From a bacterium (GTDB taxonomy: Bacteria; DRYD01): a stretch of DNA of 64,000 nucleotides. The translations under genes were made by a program, and so were the position numbers. Numbering within the stretch: position 1 is the stretch's first letter; each line of letters starts with the position of its first letter. Shown piece after piece: positions 50,837 to 61,174 of the stretch. The notes beneath the pieces are model-generated. The model did not search any database and had not been told where the DNA came from. It worked only from the letters and a program-made list of their open reading frames with translations. The stretch covers positions 59,450-123,449 of the forward strand of contig JAUQQQ010000006.1 of assembly GCA_030549815.1 (NCBI GenBank). Direction: 5' to 3'.

Positions 50837-51658
50837 TTACGTTAAAAATTCTCCGCCGTCTACGAAAATAGTATTTCCGGTTATCCAATAAGAAGCAGGG
50901 TGAGAGAGTAACATTATAGCATTTGCTACATCTATTGGTGTTGTCAATCTTTTATGTGGATTATATTTTTTTGCTTTTTCTATCATATCTTCATGCCCTG
51001 GTATTTTCAGGATTGCTGGGGTTTCGGTAACGCCTGCACAAATTGCATTAGCTGTGATTTTATATGGAGCTAATTCTAAAGCCAATTGTCTTATATGTGC
51101 TTCCAATACTGCTTTAGCTGCGGATACTGGACCATAATTTTTCCAATTCCTACTTGAACCTATACTCGTCATTGCAAATATTCTTGCGTTTTCACAAAAC
51201 ATGTCATTATCAAATAATTTTTGAACCCAATAAACTAAGCTATTAGCCATTACATCGAGTGTCATTTCCAACTGTTCTTTATTAACCTTATCTTTCCCGA
51301 TGTATGGTTTTAAAGATCCGAAAGCAAGGGAATGTAGAAGAACACGAACAGATTTGACTCCTATTTTTGATTTTAACTCACCAATAATTTCATCCATCTT
51401 TTGTAAATCCGCTGCATTTGTATTGTAAAAGATTGCTTCTTTTTTCATCTCAATAATTTTATTTTTTATATCCATTGCGTTTTGTAGAGTTGATTTTCTA
51501 TCTAAATGTATTCCGACGATATTCATTCCTGCTTTTGCTAAAGCCAAAGCGGTTGCAGCACCAAATCCTGAAGATGCCCCTAATATTATGGCCCAACCAT
51601 CCAGTTTTATTGGCTCAACCAATTCCATCAATTCATTTTTCTGGTTTAACATAAACAA
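50837..51658 (-). CDS. SDR-family enoyl-ACP reductase (FabL-like)
   Basis: GASSGFG; Y-x6-K motif YGPVSAAK; ITGNTIFVDGG. Confidence 0.8.
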   Translation of the reverse strand: MFMLNQKNELMELVEPIKLDGWAIILGASSGFGAATALALAKAGMNIVGIHLDRKSTLQNAMDIKNKIIEMKKEAIFYNTNAADLQKMDEIIGELKSKIGVKSVRVLLHSLAFGSLKPYIGKDKVNKEQLEMTLDVMANSLVYWVQKLFDNDMFCENARIFAMTSIGSSRNWKNYGPVSAAKAVLEAHIRQLALELAPYKITANAICAGVTETPAILKIPGHEDMIEKAKKYNPHKRLTTPIDVANAIMLLSHPASYWITGNTIFVDGGEFLT

Positions 51659-51665
51659 CCACCTC

Positions 51666-53378
51666 TCATTCTAAATATTCTTGGATATCTTTTTCTATTC
51701 TATTAAAAGCCTCTTGCCAGAATTCTTTTGTCCTTATGTCTAAACCTATACTTTTTAATATTCTTTCTGGCTTATCCTTTGCAGTGTTTTTTAGTATATC
51801 TCTGTAATCATTTGCAGTTATTTTTTTGTTTTCAAAGAGATTATACAATGATAGTCCTATTAACAGTCCACAAAGATAAGGATAGTTGTAGTAGTTGGAG
51901 GAATAGTAATGTGGCTTGTTTGCCCACATATATGGATGGTATGAGTTTATGCTATCAACATAAACTTCATATTGTGAATCAAGCATGATACTACATAGTT
52001 CAGAAGGACTTAATGTTCTTTCTTTCCTTATGTTTATTACTTTATCCTCAAATATAAAGCGTGACATTATATCGACTACTACTATGCTAACTGTATATAG
52101 GTATCCATCCAAAATTTGTGCTTTTGTATATTGATTTTTTGCTAATTTAATTGCGTTTTTTCTTGTTATAGTTTCTGCAAGTATGCTTGCTGTTTCTGCT
52201 AATATTAAGGGTGAATGTCGAAATAGGGGAGTATTTTCTGACATTACCCAATTGTGATAGGCATGTCCTAACTCATGAGCCAACGTTAAAACAGATTTAA
52301 TGGAATTATCAAAATTTACTAATATCCTGGATTGTTTATCAAAAACATATATACAGAAGCCCCCATCTGCTTTTCCAATCCTTGGCTCTGCATCTATCCA
52401 TCCATTTTCAAAAGCTTCTTTAGCCATCAAATACATATCGTCTGAAAATTCTGCAAAACTTTCTAAAATGAATTTCTGAGCTTTTTCAAAATCAAAGATT
52501 TCTGTTTCTTTTTCAAAGATTGGTGCAGATAAATCGAACCAATCTAATTTTTCTAATCCCAAAAACTTGGCTTTCTTGTGAAAATATTTTCTCACAATAC
52601 TTAAATTCTCAAAAGTAGTGTTTATAACAACATCCAATATTTCCTTGTCTATTTGATTATAAAAAAGTGATTGTTCTAAAACACTGCTAAAATTTCTTTT
52701 CTTACTAATTACTATTGAATCCCATTTTACACTGTTCAAAATTCTTGAAAAAATGTATTCGTATTCTTTGAATATCTCTATTTCCTTTTTATATGCTTTT
52801 TCCCTTATTTCTCTATCTGAGTGGTTATAGTAGTTTCTTAGCTGACTTATTGAAATAATTTGGTTTTCAAAATCGACTTTAATGTTTGATATTAACTCGT
52901 TATAAAGTGATTTCCATTCTGAGTTTGATGATACTGAAAGTAAGCTATATAGCTCCTCTTCTTCATCTTTCATTCTATGTTTATTGTTTTCAATGGATAA
53001 TTCGATAAAATATTTGTATTCAGGTATGTTGATGTTAGTTTGTGAGATTATTTTTTCTAACTTTAAATCGAGTAATTTTAGAGAAGATGATAAATTGTAG
53101 AGATATCCTTTTATTTTTTGTGCTTCTTCATTTTTACTTTCAACTGATAAAACGCAAATTATGAACGTCTGGATTTTTCTATTTTTCTCGATTATTTTTT
53201 CATATTCTTTAATCAAATCAACTATTTCTTCGTCCTTAATTTTATCGATTGTTAATGTATTTAATTTATTATGAAAACTTTCTATTGAATTTTTAAGAAT
53301 CTCTATATCTTTTGACAATTCTGTTGAGTTTAGTGAGGGATAAATAGAATTGAGATTCCATCTTGTTTTGGTTTGCAT
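51666..53378 (-). CDS. pepF: M3-family oligoendopeptidase F
   Basis: WNL..IYP, GWIDA, GGFC, TLAHELGHAYH, AETAS, YYNYPY. Confidence 0.93.
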   Translation of the reverse strand: MQTKTRWNLNSIYPSLNSTELSKDIEILKNSIESFHNKLNTLTIDKIKDEEIVDLIKEYEKIIEKNRKIQTFIICVLSVESKNEEAQKIKGYLYNLSSSLKLLDLKLEKIISQTNINIPEYKYFIELSIENNKHRMKDEEEELYSLLSVSSNSEWKSLYNELISNIKVDFENQIISISQLRNYYNHSDREIREKAYKKEIEIFKEYEYIFSRILNSVKWDSIVISKKRNFSSVLEQSLFYNQIDKEILDVVINTTFENLSIVRKYFHKKAKFLGLEKLDWFDLSAPIFEKETEIFDFEKAQKFILESFAEFSDDMYLMAKEAFENGWIDAEPRIGKADGGFCIYVFDKQSRILVNFDNSIKSVLTLAHELGHAYHNWVMSENTPLFRHSPLILAETASILAETITRKNAIKLAKNQYTKAQILDGYLYTVSIVVVDIMSRFIFEDKVINIRKERTLSPSELCSIMLDSQYEVYVDSINSYHPYMWANKPHYYSSNYYNYPYLCGLLIGLSLYNLFENKKITANDYRDILKNTAKDKPERILKSIGLDIRTKEFWQEAFNRIEKDIQEYLE

Positions 53379-53383
53379 TTATG

Positions 53384-54235
53384 TTAATCCTCCTCTTCCC
53401 TTTCTTTGTATTCTTTAGTGTACAAACTTATGATTTTTTCTCCCCATAAGACGAGAGCAGCAAATATCCAATTCGATAATCTTCTTAATTTTACTTGTTT
53501 TTCATATGTTTTTGCTAAGCCCCATGTTATTGCAGATGTCCATAATCCATTGGATAAGTGATATGATATAGATATTATGAAAAATCTGTATGTTATGTGC
53601 CCTATTATCGATAAGGGAGGTCTAAACCAAACATTTACTTTTTGAAAAGTCAAATCTCTTTTGGAAGGAATGTTTAATGGTTTTCTTATAAAATCAGGTA
53701 TATATTCATTGAACCTAATAGTTACTAAGTGGAATATTAGAGTTTTTAGTATTATGTAAGCTGATAATCTTTGCATGATGTATCTATAATTTGTTTCACT
53801 TTTTATTCTTGTGTCAATCTTTCCTTTTCTTAGCAGAATTAATCCTATTATGATGTGTGTAGTTAATGGTATGTAGATGCCAACGATTTCTATTAGTGGA
53901 AAGAGTGGGTTTTTATGAATAGATTTTGATAGTTTATTTAATTTTTTTGGGTTGTATGCGAGTGTATTATTAATGAAGTGTGCTATTACGAATCCTCCTA
54001 TGAAAATTGTTCCTGTTATTGAATGTATTCTTTTAAATACCACGTAGGGAATATCGTCTATTGTTTTTGTTAGTTTTGATAAATAAATTATTGTAGAATT
54101 TTTAAAATCATTAATTGCTTGTTTTATGCTTACTATTGCTTTTGTTGATATTTCTTTATCTTTCTTTTCTTTTGTTATTAATTTTTTGGAAGCAAATAAA
54201 CCTACGATTAATCCTGCTCCAATGATTAAAAGCAT
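53384..54235 (-). CDS. sdhC: Succinate dehydrogenase cytochrome b558-like subunit with N-terminal extension
   Basis: KRIHSITG...AH, PLTTH..G, MQRLS...FH, YHLSNGLWT..ITWG (four heme-type histidines). Confidence 0.8.
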   Translation of the reverse strand: MLLIIGAGLIVGLFASKKLITKEKKDKEISTKAIVSIKQAINDFKNSTIIYLSKLTKTIDDIPYVVFKRIHSITGTIFIGGFVIAHFINNTLAYNPKKLNKLSKSIHKNPLFPLIEIVGIYIPLTTHIIIGLILLRKGKIDTRIKSETNYRYIMQRLSAYIILKTLIFHLVTIRFNEYIPDFIRKPLNIPSKRDLTFQKVNVWFRPPLSIIGHITYRFFIISISYHLSNGLWTSAITWGLAKTYEKQVKLRRLSNWIFAALVLWGEKIISLYTKEYKEREEED

Positions 54236-54348
54236 TTTTATCCCCTTCTTTCTTGTTTTTTATTTCTGTTATTATATTTTTATAAAATCTTTATAAAAAC
54301 CCTTCTAAAAAAAGTTGAATGGAGATACGTTATAGAGGATTAATTTTA

Positions 54349-55140
54349 TTAAGCAGGTATTGGTAGAGGGGGATTATATCCTGTTACTGTATAATACATT
54401 TTATCCCAATGTGTTGATGTTGTAAAATCTGTTTTTGCGTATTCGTATGGTCTTGGGTTAAGTGGCATTTCCATAGATACTCCATGTGCATGAGGATATT
54501 CTTGATTATGATAATTCTGTATTACATATTCTTTTAATTTTTCCATTGTTTTGGAGGCTTTTTCTTTTATTTCTTGATTTACATTGGATTTTTGCAATGA
54601 TTCTAAGAAGTGTCCTAAATCTCTGTATCCCATATAAAATTTTTGTGTGTTTATAAAGATTTGCCTTATTGTTGGGAAATATTCAGAGTATTTAAGTATG
54701 GTTAATGATAGTTCATCTATGCTTTTGGCTAATTCTTCTGATTTTGATAGATTGACAGCTAATAATGTTCTTATCGAAGGAAAATCTATAGATGATTTGA
54801 CAATTTTTTTAGCTGGAGTTTCTGGTATATTTTCATCCTCGTAATTAACGTAGTTTTTTAGCTAATATCCAACCTCAAACATTCCTATTAAGTATGAGTC
54901 CCATCCTAAGATATCTATTTTTTTTGCCTTCTATTTCAGTTAATTTTTTTAAGCTTCTTTAATTTGTTTGAGTTTCATGTTTCTAATATAGGTATTATGT
55001 CGTCTATTGCACTTTGTCATCCTGTGTCATGATCTGATATTATTACCATAACATTTTTAGAGAGAATTTATTTATTATTTCTCCTATTTTTTAATCATAA
55101 AATCGAGGTCTGCCATATTTACATTTCCCAATTGGATATG
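54349..55140 (-). pseudogene. Degraded clostripain (peptidase C11) family gene
   Basis: Fragments GNVNMAD, MVIISDHDTG*, IDILGWDSYLIGMFEVGY*LK, YRDLGHF, AHGVS..P separated by stops and frameshifts. Confidence 0.75.
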
Positions 55141-55157
55141 TAAAATTTTTGTGAAAA

Positions 55158-56243
55158 TTACCAAAGAAAACCGGAATCTTTATTTTCCTGTGCATGCATT
55201 AATTCTTCAGGATGTTCAGTTAATGTTATCGCCATATTTCTCGTTATATGGCCTTCTTCTACTAATTTTTTCAAACTCTTACCAAAGGTTATCATTCCAT
55301 CATATTCTCCGTTTAGTATGTATTCGTATATTTTAGGTAGATCGTTATCTCTTATTAGTCCTCTAATTGTTGGTGTGGATACCATTATTTCCACTACTGG
55401 CATTAGGTTACCTGTTTTTATGCTTGTTATTAACTTTTGGCATATTATAGCTGTCATTGAATTCATTAAAGCTTCTCTAACTATATCTCTTTGTTCTTCT
55501 TTAAACATATCCATTATTCTATAGATAGTTTTTGTAGTAGTATCGGAGTGTATAGTAGTGATGACCATATGTCCAGTTTCTGCTGCGTTTATTGCTATCC
55601 ATGCACTTTGAGAATCTCTTAGCTCACCTAAAAATATTATATCTGGGTCTTGCCTTAAAGCATCTCTCAAACCTCTTTCAAAAGAAGGTGTATCTATACC
55701 AACTTCCCTTTGGGTTATAAAGGATTTATTGTCTGTGAAAACATATTCTATAGGATCTTCAATTGTTACTATCCTTTTAGCTAAATTTTGGTTTATGTAT
55801 TCTATGATTGCGGCTGCGGTGGTTGTTTTTCCACTACCAGCAACACCTGATATTATTATTAAACCTTTTTGTTTCTGAATTATTTTTTCAATTAATTCGG
55901 ATGGTAAATTAAGCGAATCGAAATTTGATGGGGGTTCCAGAATTTTTCTCGCAGATATACCAATAGCTCCTTGGGTTTTAAAAACGTTTAATCTAAATCT
56001 TATGTTTCCTACACTTATTCCATAATCGAAAGACCCGTTTAATTCTAACTCTTTCAAATATTTAGGGTCAAAGTTTTCTTTTAAAATTTGAATCATATTT
56101 TCCATTGTTAATACTTCTTTACCAAAAAAAACAAGTTGTTTATTTATTCTATATGCTGGACGTAATCCAACTTTTAAGTGTAGATCTGTAGCATTAACAT
56201 CTTTGTCATTCATTAATTCAAGTAATTTAATAAAATTATACAT
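55158..56243 (-). CDS. pilT: PilT/PilU-family type IV pilus retraction ATPase
   Basis: TDLHL, RFRLN, GVAGSGKTTT, TIEDPIE, QREVG.DT, LRQDPD, GELRD, AETGH. Confidence 0.94.
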   Translation of the reverse strand: MYNFIKLLELMNDKDVNATDLHLKVGLRPAYRINKQLVFFGKEVLTMENMIQILKENFDPKYLKELELNGSFDYGISVGNIRFRLNVFKTQGAIGISARKILEPPSNFDSLNLPSELIEKIIQKQKGLIIISGVAGSGKTTTAAAIIEYINQNLAKRIVTIEDPIEYVFTDNKSFITQREVGIDTPSFERGLRDALRQDPDIIFLGELRDSQSAWIAINAAETGHMVITTIHSDTTTKTIYRIMDMFKEEQRDIVREALMNSMTAIICQKLITSIKTGNLMPVVEIMVSTPTIRGLIRDNDLPKIYEYILNGEYDGMITFGKSLKKLVEEGHITRNMAITLTEHPEELMHAQENKDSGFLW

Positions 56244-56256
56244 ATTTAAACTCCTC

Positions 56257-57693
56257 CTATATAATTTCGTCGATGAAATCTGTAAGGCTACTTATCATAT
56301 TATTTATTATTTTTCCTTGGTATATTTTTAACATTGTTTTAACTCTCTTAACACTTTCCATAATTTCGGTTTGTGGAATGATTTTAATAAATGTATCGAC
56401 AAGAAATGGATCGAGTTTATTTTTTTCAGCGTCTTCCTTAAGTATATGTATTGCTTTGCTAAAGGAGAATCCTGGTCTATATGGTCTGTCTATTATAAGG
56501 GCGTCAAAAGTATCTGCTACTGCCAATATTCTGCTTTCTAAAGGTATGTCCTTTGCAGTATATCCATAGGGATATCCTTGACCGTTTAATCTTTCATGAT
56601 GTAGTTCAGCAACATCAACAATTTCTTTTATAAATTCATAAACATCACTTAAAATATTTTTCAGTTCTTTAACATGTAATTTAATTTTTTCGAATTCATC
56701 TTGAGTTAATTTTCCCTTTTTTTGTAGAATTTCATCGGGTACTATTATTTTTCCTACATCATGAATCATTGCAGCTTTGTATATTCTGTCAACGTCTTTT
56801 AATCCTAAATTAAGTTGTTTAGCTATATTGTAGCTTATGAGTGCAACTCTTGATGAATGATCAAATGTATATCGATCTTTTTTTTCTAATAAATCGACGA
56901 TTAGTGTTATAAAAGTCAAAACTTGCCCCGAAATGTGACTGTTGTCTTTTAATGATATAAGAAAGATAAAAAAAACAAGTAATAAGTAAATTTGGGAATC
57001 AATAAAAGTGTAAAAGAGGCAAATGAAAAAAATAAAATGTAAAATTAGTTCTAATATTATTGATAAATTGCTATTGTATAAATTTCTTTTTTTTGTTAAT
57101 AAATTTCTTATATAGGGGTTTAAAGTTTCAAAATGAAGATTATTAATAAAATTTTGAAAAATCTTTTCTAATACTACCCAAAGAATAAAAAAAGCAATCG
57201 TAAAAATGAATATACCATTATTCTTAAGCAAAGGTAATTGTGCAAAAAGTAAGAATGTAGTAAAGAATGATAAAAAGAAAATAATGTATTCAGTAAAATA
57301 TTTTTCTTGCTGCTGTTTTATTAATTCTTTCTGAATTGTGTGAATTTGCGGGAATTTATCTTTTATATCAAACATTTGTTTTTCCTCAATAGTTAAAATC
57401 TTAATGATAAAAACTATTATTATGCTTATGCTGGAGATTATTATAGTATATGCAATGCCATTTAGTAAAGTGTAGAACAATACCAGAAGTCTAAAAAAAT
57501 CTATTTTGTAAGTTATGTTACGGTGAAAGTATAGATCTTTTCTCATTAAAAGTGCGATAACCAGAATTGCCGTATCAAAAAAATAGTTGATTGTAAAAGT
57601 ATTGAGGCTAAGTAAAATCACGATATTAGCAAATAGAAAGAATAAAGCTGTTTGTATTTCACTGTTTAGTATGAGTTTTCTTATTTCACTCAT
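56257..57693 (-). CDS. Membrane HD-GYP phosphodiesterase
   Basis: HSSRVA, HDVGK, HHERLNGQGYP, ADTFDA, RPYR; multi-TM N-terminus. Confidence 0.92.
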   Translation of the reverse strand: MSEIRKLILNSEIQTALFFLFANIVILLSLNTFTINYFFDTAILVIALLMRKDLYFHRNITYKIDFFRLLVLFYTLLNGIAYTIIISSISIIIVFIIKILTIEEKQMFDIKDKFPQIHTIQKELIKQQQEKYFTEYIIFFLSFFTTFLLFAQLPLLKNNGIFIFTIAFFILWVVLEKIFQNFINNLHFETLNPYIRNLLTKKRNLYNSNLSIILELILHFIFFICLFYTFIDSQIYLLLVFFIFLISLKDNSHISGQVLTFITLIVDLLEKKDRYTFDHSSRVALISYNIAKQLNLGLKDVDRIYKAAMIHDVGKIIVPDEILQKKGKLTQDEFEKIKLHVKELKNILSDVYEFIKEIVDVAELHHERLNGQGYPYGYTAKDIPLESRILAVADTFDALIIDRPYRPGFSFSKAIHILKEDAEKNKLDPFLVDTFIKIIPQTEIMESVKRVKTMLKIYQGKIINNMISSLTDFIDEII

Positions 57694-58289
57694 GGAACTA
57701 ATTTGTCAAGCTGATTGTATAATGATTCGATATCTTTATCATTAATAATAACTTTGTCTGCTTTTTTAACTTTTTCTAAAGGGTTTATTTGGTTTTCCAT
57801 TATTTTTTTTACCAAATCCTCATTTATTTTGTCTCTTTTAATTATTCTTTTTATGCAAATATTTGTAGGTGCGAAAATCATCCAAACTTCATCGAACAAA
57901 TATTCTAACTTTTTTTCATACAGTAAAGGGACAACAAAAAAAGCAAAGCTTTTATTGTATTTAGGATTCTGTTTAATTTTTTTTTGTGTTTTTATAATTT
58001 CATCAATAACTATTGGGTGAATAATAGACTCCAACTGTTCTTTTTTTTCTTTATTATTAAATATAATGTTTTTGATACACTTTTTTATTAATCTACCTTT
58101 TTTTACACATTCAGGTAATATTTGCTTTATTTTTTCTTTTGTTTTTTGGTATTTTGATGAATCATATATTTTAGACACTATTTCATCCGCGTCTAAAACG
58201 AAATACGATTTACTTTTCAGGTAGTTAGCTACTACACTTTTTCCACTTCCTATGTTTCCTGTTATCCCTATTAATTTGGTGTTATTCAT
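57690..58289 (-). CDS. coaE: Dephospho-CoA kinase
   Basis: GITGNIGSGKS, DAD, LESIIHP, PLLYE, RD, ADKVIIN. Confidence 0.95.
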   Translation of the reverse strand: MNNTKLIGITGNIGSGKSVVANYLKSKSYFVLDADEIVSKIYDSSKYQKTKEKIKQILPECVKKGRLIKKCIKNIIFNNKEKKEQLESIIHPIVIDEIIKTQKKIKQNPKYNKSFAFFVVPLLYEKKLEYLFDEVWMIFAPTNICIKRIIKRDKINEDLVKKIMENQINPLEKVKKADKVIINDKDIESLYNQLDKLVP

Positions 58290-58534
58290 TGATTTAATCT
58301 TATAACTTTATCTTCCAAGAATACTGGTATTTCTTCTATTATAGGGAAAAGTAAGTTACATTTGCTACATTTGTATCCACTTATTTCTTGACCTTTGATT
58401 TTTTTTAGTAATTCGTCTTCTGTTTCTTGGTTGAAAAGGTATTTTTCAATAAATTCAAGGTCTGATTTACAAAATGGGCAACACAAAATTTCAAGCAATT
58501 CTACATACTTTTTACTCATTTCTCCTCCCTCCAT
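58286..58534 (-). CDS. Trm112-family small protein
   Basis: LLEILCCPFCKSDL...CSKC..FPI.EEIPVFL; real start may be 58519. Confidence 0.85.
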   Translation of the reverse strand: MEGGEMSKKYVELLEILCCPFCKSDLEFIEKYLFNQETEDELLKKIKGQEISGYKCSKCNLLFPIIEEIPVFLEDKVIRLNQ

Positions 58535-58643
58535 TTTATTCTACTTAATAAAAATTTCTACACATTTTTATAAATTCCCTACATAATGAAGGTATTTTTT
58601 GTTGTTTATAGAAAAATAAAAAAACAGAAAGGGGAAAAAGAGT

Positions 58644-59300
58644 ATGGATGTAATTGTTGCAGGGTCAATAATAGGAGGTAATTTGTTAAATATCGAAGAA
58701 GTTATAAAAGTATCAGAAGAAAATGGAGTGGATTGGATACACTTAGACATTATGGATGGTAATTTTGTACCTAACATAACTTTTGGTTTGCAAATTGTTG
58801 AAAGTATTAGAAAAAAAACTTCATTACCTATTGATATACACTTAATGGTATTAAATCCTGAAAAATATAAGGAGTTTGCTAAATTTTGCGAGATGATTAC
58901 TTTTCATATAGAGGTTACTCATTTTCCAATTAGAATTATAGAATTAATGAAATCTGTTAATAGTAAAGTAAAGGTTGGTATAGCTGTAAATCCTGCCACT
59001 AATATTGATTTTTTGGAAAATTTAGAAGGGTACATAGATAATGTTCTTGTTATGACAGTTGAGCCTGGTTTTGCAGGACAAAAATTTATCCCTAATACAC
59101 TTAACAAAATAGAAAAAGTAAAAAAAATGACAGATTTATGGAAAAATAAAATTTTCATATCTGTTGATGGAGGAATTAATGAAGAAAATTATAAATTAGT
59201 TTTAGGAAGGGGGGCAAACTATATAGTATGTGCTTCATATTTATATAATGACTACTCCAAAATTAAAGAAAAAATCCAAAAAATCAAAAACAAAAATTAA
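58644..59300 (+). CDS. rpe: Ribulose-phosphate 3-epimerase
   Basis: HLDIMDGNFVPNITFG, DIHLMV, MTVEPGFAGQ, VDGG. Confidence 0.96.
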   Translation: MDVIVAGSIIGGNLLNIEEVIKVSEENGVDWIHLDIMDGNFVPNITFGLQIVESIRKKTSLPIDIHLMVLNPEKYKEFAKFCEMITFHIEVTHFPIRIIELMKSVNSKVKVGIAVNPATNIDFLENLEGYIDNVLVMTVEPGFAGQKFIPNTLNKIEKVKKMTDLWKNKIFISVDGGINEENYKLVLGRGANYIVCASYLYNDYSKIKEKIQKIKNKN

Positions 59301-59329
59301 ATTTTTTCAAAAAGCGAAGGGGGATATTT

Positions 59330-59767
59330 ATGCCAAGAAAAAAACAAAATGAAAACAAACCGGAAGAAAAAAGTAAATCTGAAACTAAGAAAACTAAGAA
59401 AAATACTGATAAGGAAAACCAAAAAACAAAAACTAATGGAAAACAAGATGAATACGAAATAGATGAAAGCTTGGAAAATGAAGAACAAAATATAGAATTA
59501 GAAGAAGAAGAGTTGAACATTGATAGTTTAACTGATCTTGAAGATTTAGAGGATTTAGAAGATGAATACAGTGAAATGGAAGATACTGATTTCTTTATTT
59601 CTGAGGATGACCTAATTATATGCCCGAGTTGTGGAGAAGTTATCGAAGTTGAAAGATTGAGGTTACTCGAGGAATGCCCAAGCTGCGGCCTGAGTATAAC
59701 TGAATTTGAAGACTTCGAAAAATACCAATCTTTGTATCAAGAGAAAGAAGAAGATGAAGAATGGTGA
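59330..59767 (+). CDS. Hypothetical basic/acidic disordered protein with a C4 zinc ribbon
   Basis: Lys-rich start, long D/E tract, two CPSCG knuckles. Confidence 0.75.
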   Translation: MPRKKQNENKPEEKSKSETKKTKKNTDKENQKTKTNGKQDEYEIDESLENEEQNIELEEEELNIDSLTDLEDLEDLEDEYSEMEDTDFFISEDDLIICPSCGEVIEVERLRLLEECPSCGLSITEFEDFEKYQSLYQEKEEDEEW

Positions 59768-59806
59768 ATAGTATAAACATAAATACCTATGAAGGAGGTG
59801 ACTAAA

Positions 59807-61174
59807 ATGAAAAAAATACTCTTAACATCATTTATCCTTACAGTAATGCTAATTTTACTATTAAGTTGTTTTAAAGGAGGAGGAATTAACTTTAATTCAT
59901 TTGTTAGTAATTCTGGGGGAAATGGTGGAGGAAGTGGAGGAAGCGGTAATCTACTCCAATCCTTCCCAAAAGTTTTTTATACAACTAATAATCAAAGTGA
60001 ATACTTTAATTCTGTTTTCCCTACTTCTGACGGAGGAATATTACTAAGTGGTGCTTATTATGCAAGTAATGATGCTTTGTTTGTTAAAATATCTTCGACA
60101 GGACAAACTTTATGGAAAAAATTGGGAAGTATTGGTTACCAAGCATATTCTTTCATCCAAATGGATGATGGATACTATTATGGTTCTGGAGCTGCAATCG
60201 TTAATGGGAATCCAAAAAGTTTTATTTCAAAACTTGATCAAAATGGAAATACTGTAAATATTTTGTATTTTGAACCAGCAGGTAGTGTAACAATCCTTCC
60301 TCTTGATAGCGGGAAGATAATAATGAGTGTTAATAATACATTAGTTAAAGTATCATTAACTACTAATCTTGATTCTTCTAATTCTATAAAGTGGGATTAT
60401 CAATTTAACGTAAACAATGGTTTCTTCCAATTTGCCAGTAATGTTTTACCTTTCAAAGATAATAATATAAATTATGTTTTTATTGCTTATTTTGCAGGTA
60501 GCACTATAGGTAGGGTTGATGCAACAAGTGATACCCCAGATACTGGCACATTTGCTATTTTTAAAGATATATACAATTTACCTTCTTTTTCTTATGATTT
60601 TGAATGTCTTTCTCCTGCAGTTTCTAATGATAGTGCGGATATATTAGGAGTTTTACAAAATTACAATGATAAAACAATTGCAATTATTAAGATGGATAAA
60701 AATTTAACAACTGTTGGTGGTAAATTATTCTCTTCAAACAGTTTATTTGATATTAAATTAATACCAACTCCGGATGGTAAATATTTACTTACCTTGAGTA
60801 GTGGTCACAATTCTTTGGTTGTTTTGCTTGATAGTAATTTAACGATTATCAGTAAGAAAATAATAAAGATGGAGGTTAGATCGGTAATTCCTGTATCTGG
60901 AGGATTTATTTTTGCTGGGTTCCTTGGTGGTTATCCTTATGATGCTGTTGTAATGTCATTAGATAGTTTATTAAATCCACCTACATGCCCTACAATAGTA
61001 GATACCAATGATATTTATAATTTTCACTTTTCACAAGATTTAAATAATCTGAGTTTTAGTAGTAATTTAAATTATACAGTCTATTCTAATATTATTACAA
61101 ATCTACAAAATGCTAATACTTCTACTACTGATGCAAATTTAGTAGAGGACACAACATGTAGAACAAGCTGGTAA
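59807..61174 (+). CDS. Lipoprotein with Gly/Ser linker and beta-rich (propeller-like) domain
   Basis: Lipobox LLSC, GGNGGGSGG linker, TSDGG..L.G and K.D.NG repeats; ATG at 59807 follows AGGAGGTG. Confidence 0.75.
   Translation: MKKILLTSFILTVMLILLLSCFKGGGINFNSFVSNSGGNGGGSGGSGNLLQSFPKVFYTTNNQSEYFNSVFPTSDGGILLSGAYYASNDALFVKISSTGQTLWKKLGSIGYQAYSFIQMDDGYYYGSGAAIVNGNPKSFISKLDQNGNTVNILYFEPAGSVTILPLDSGKIIMSVNNTLVKVSLTTNLDSSNSIKWDYQFNVNNGFFQFASNVLPFKDNNINYVFIAYFAGSTIGRVDATSDTPDTGTFAIFKDIYNLPSFSYDFECLSPAVSNDSADILGVLQNYNDKTIAIIKMDKNLTTVGGKLFSSNSLFDIKLIPTPDGKYLLTLSSGHNSLVVLLDSNLTIISKKIIKMEVRSVIPVSGGFIFAGFLGGYPYDAVVMSLDSLLNPPTCPTIVDTNDIYNFHFSQDLNNLSFSSNLNYTVYSNIITNLQNANTSTTDANLVEDTTCRTSW

Noticed and set aside
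54647-54844. 65-aa plus-strand ORF
   Set aside because: It is antisense to the clostripain pseudogene fragments.
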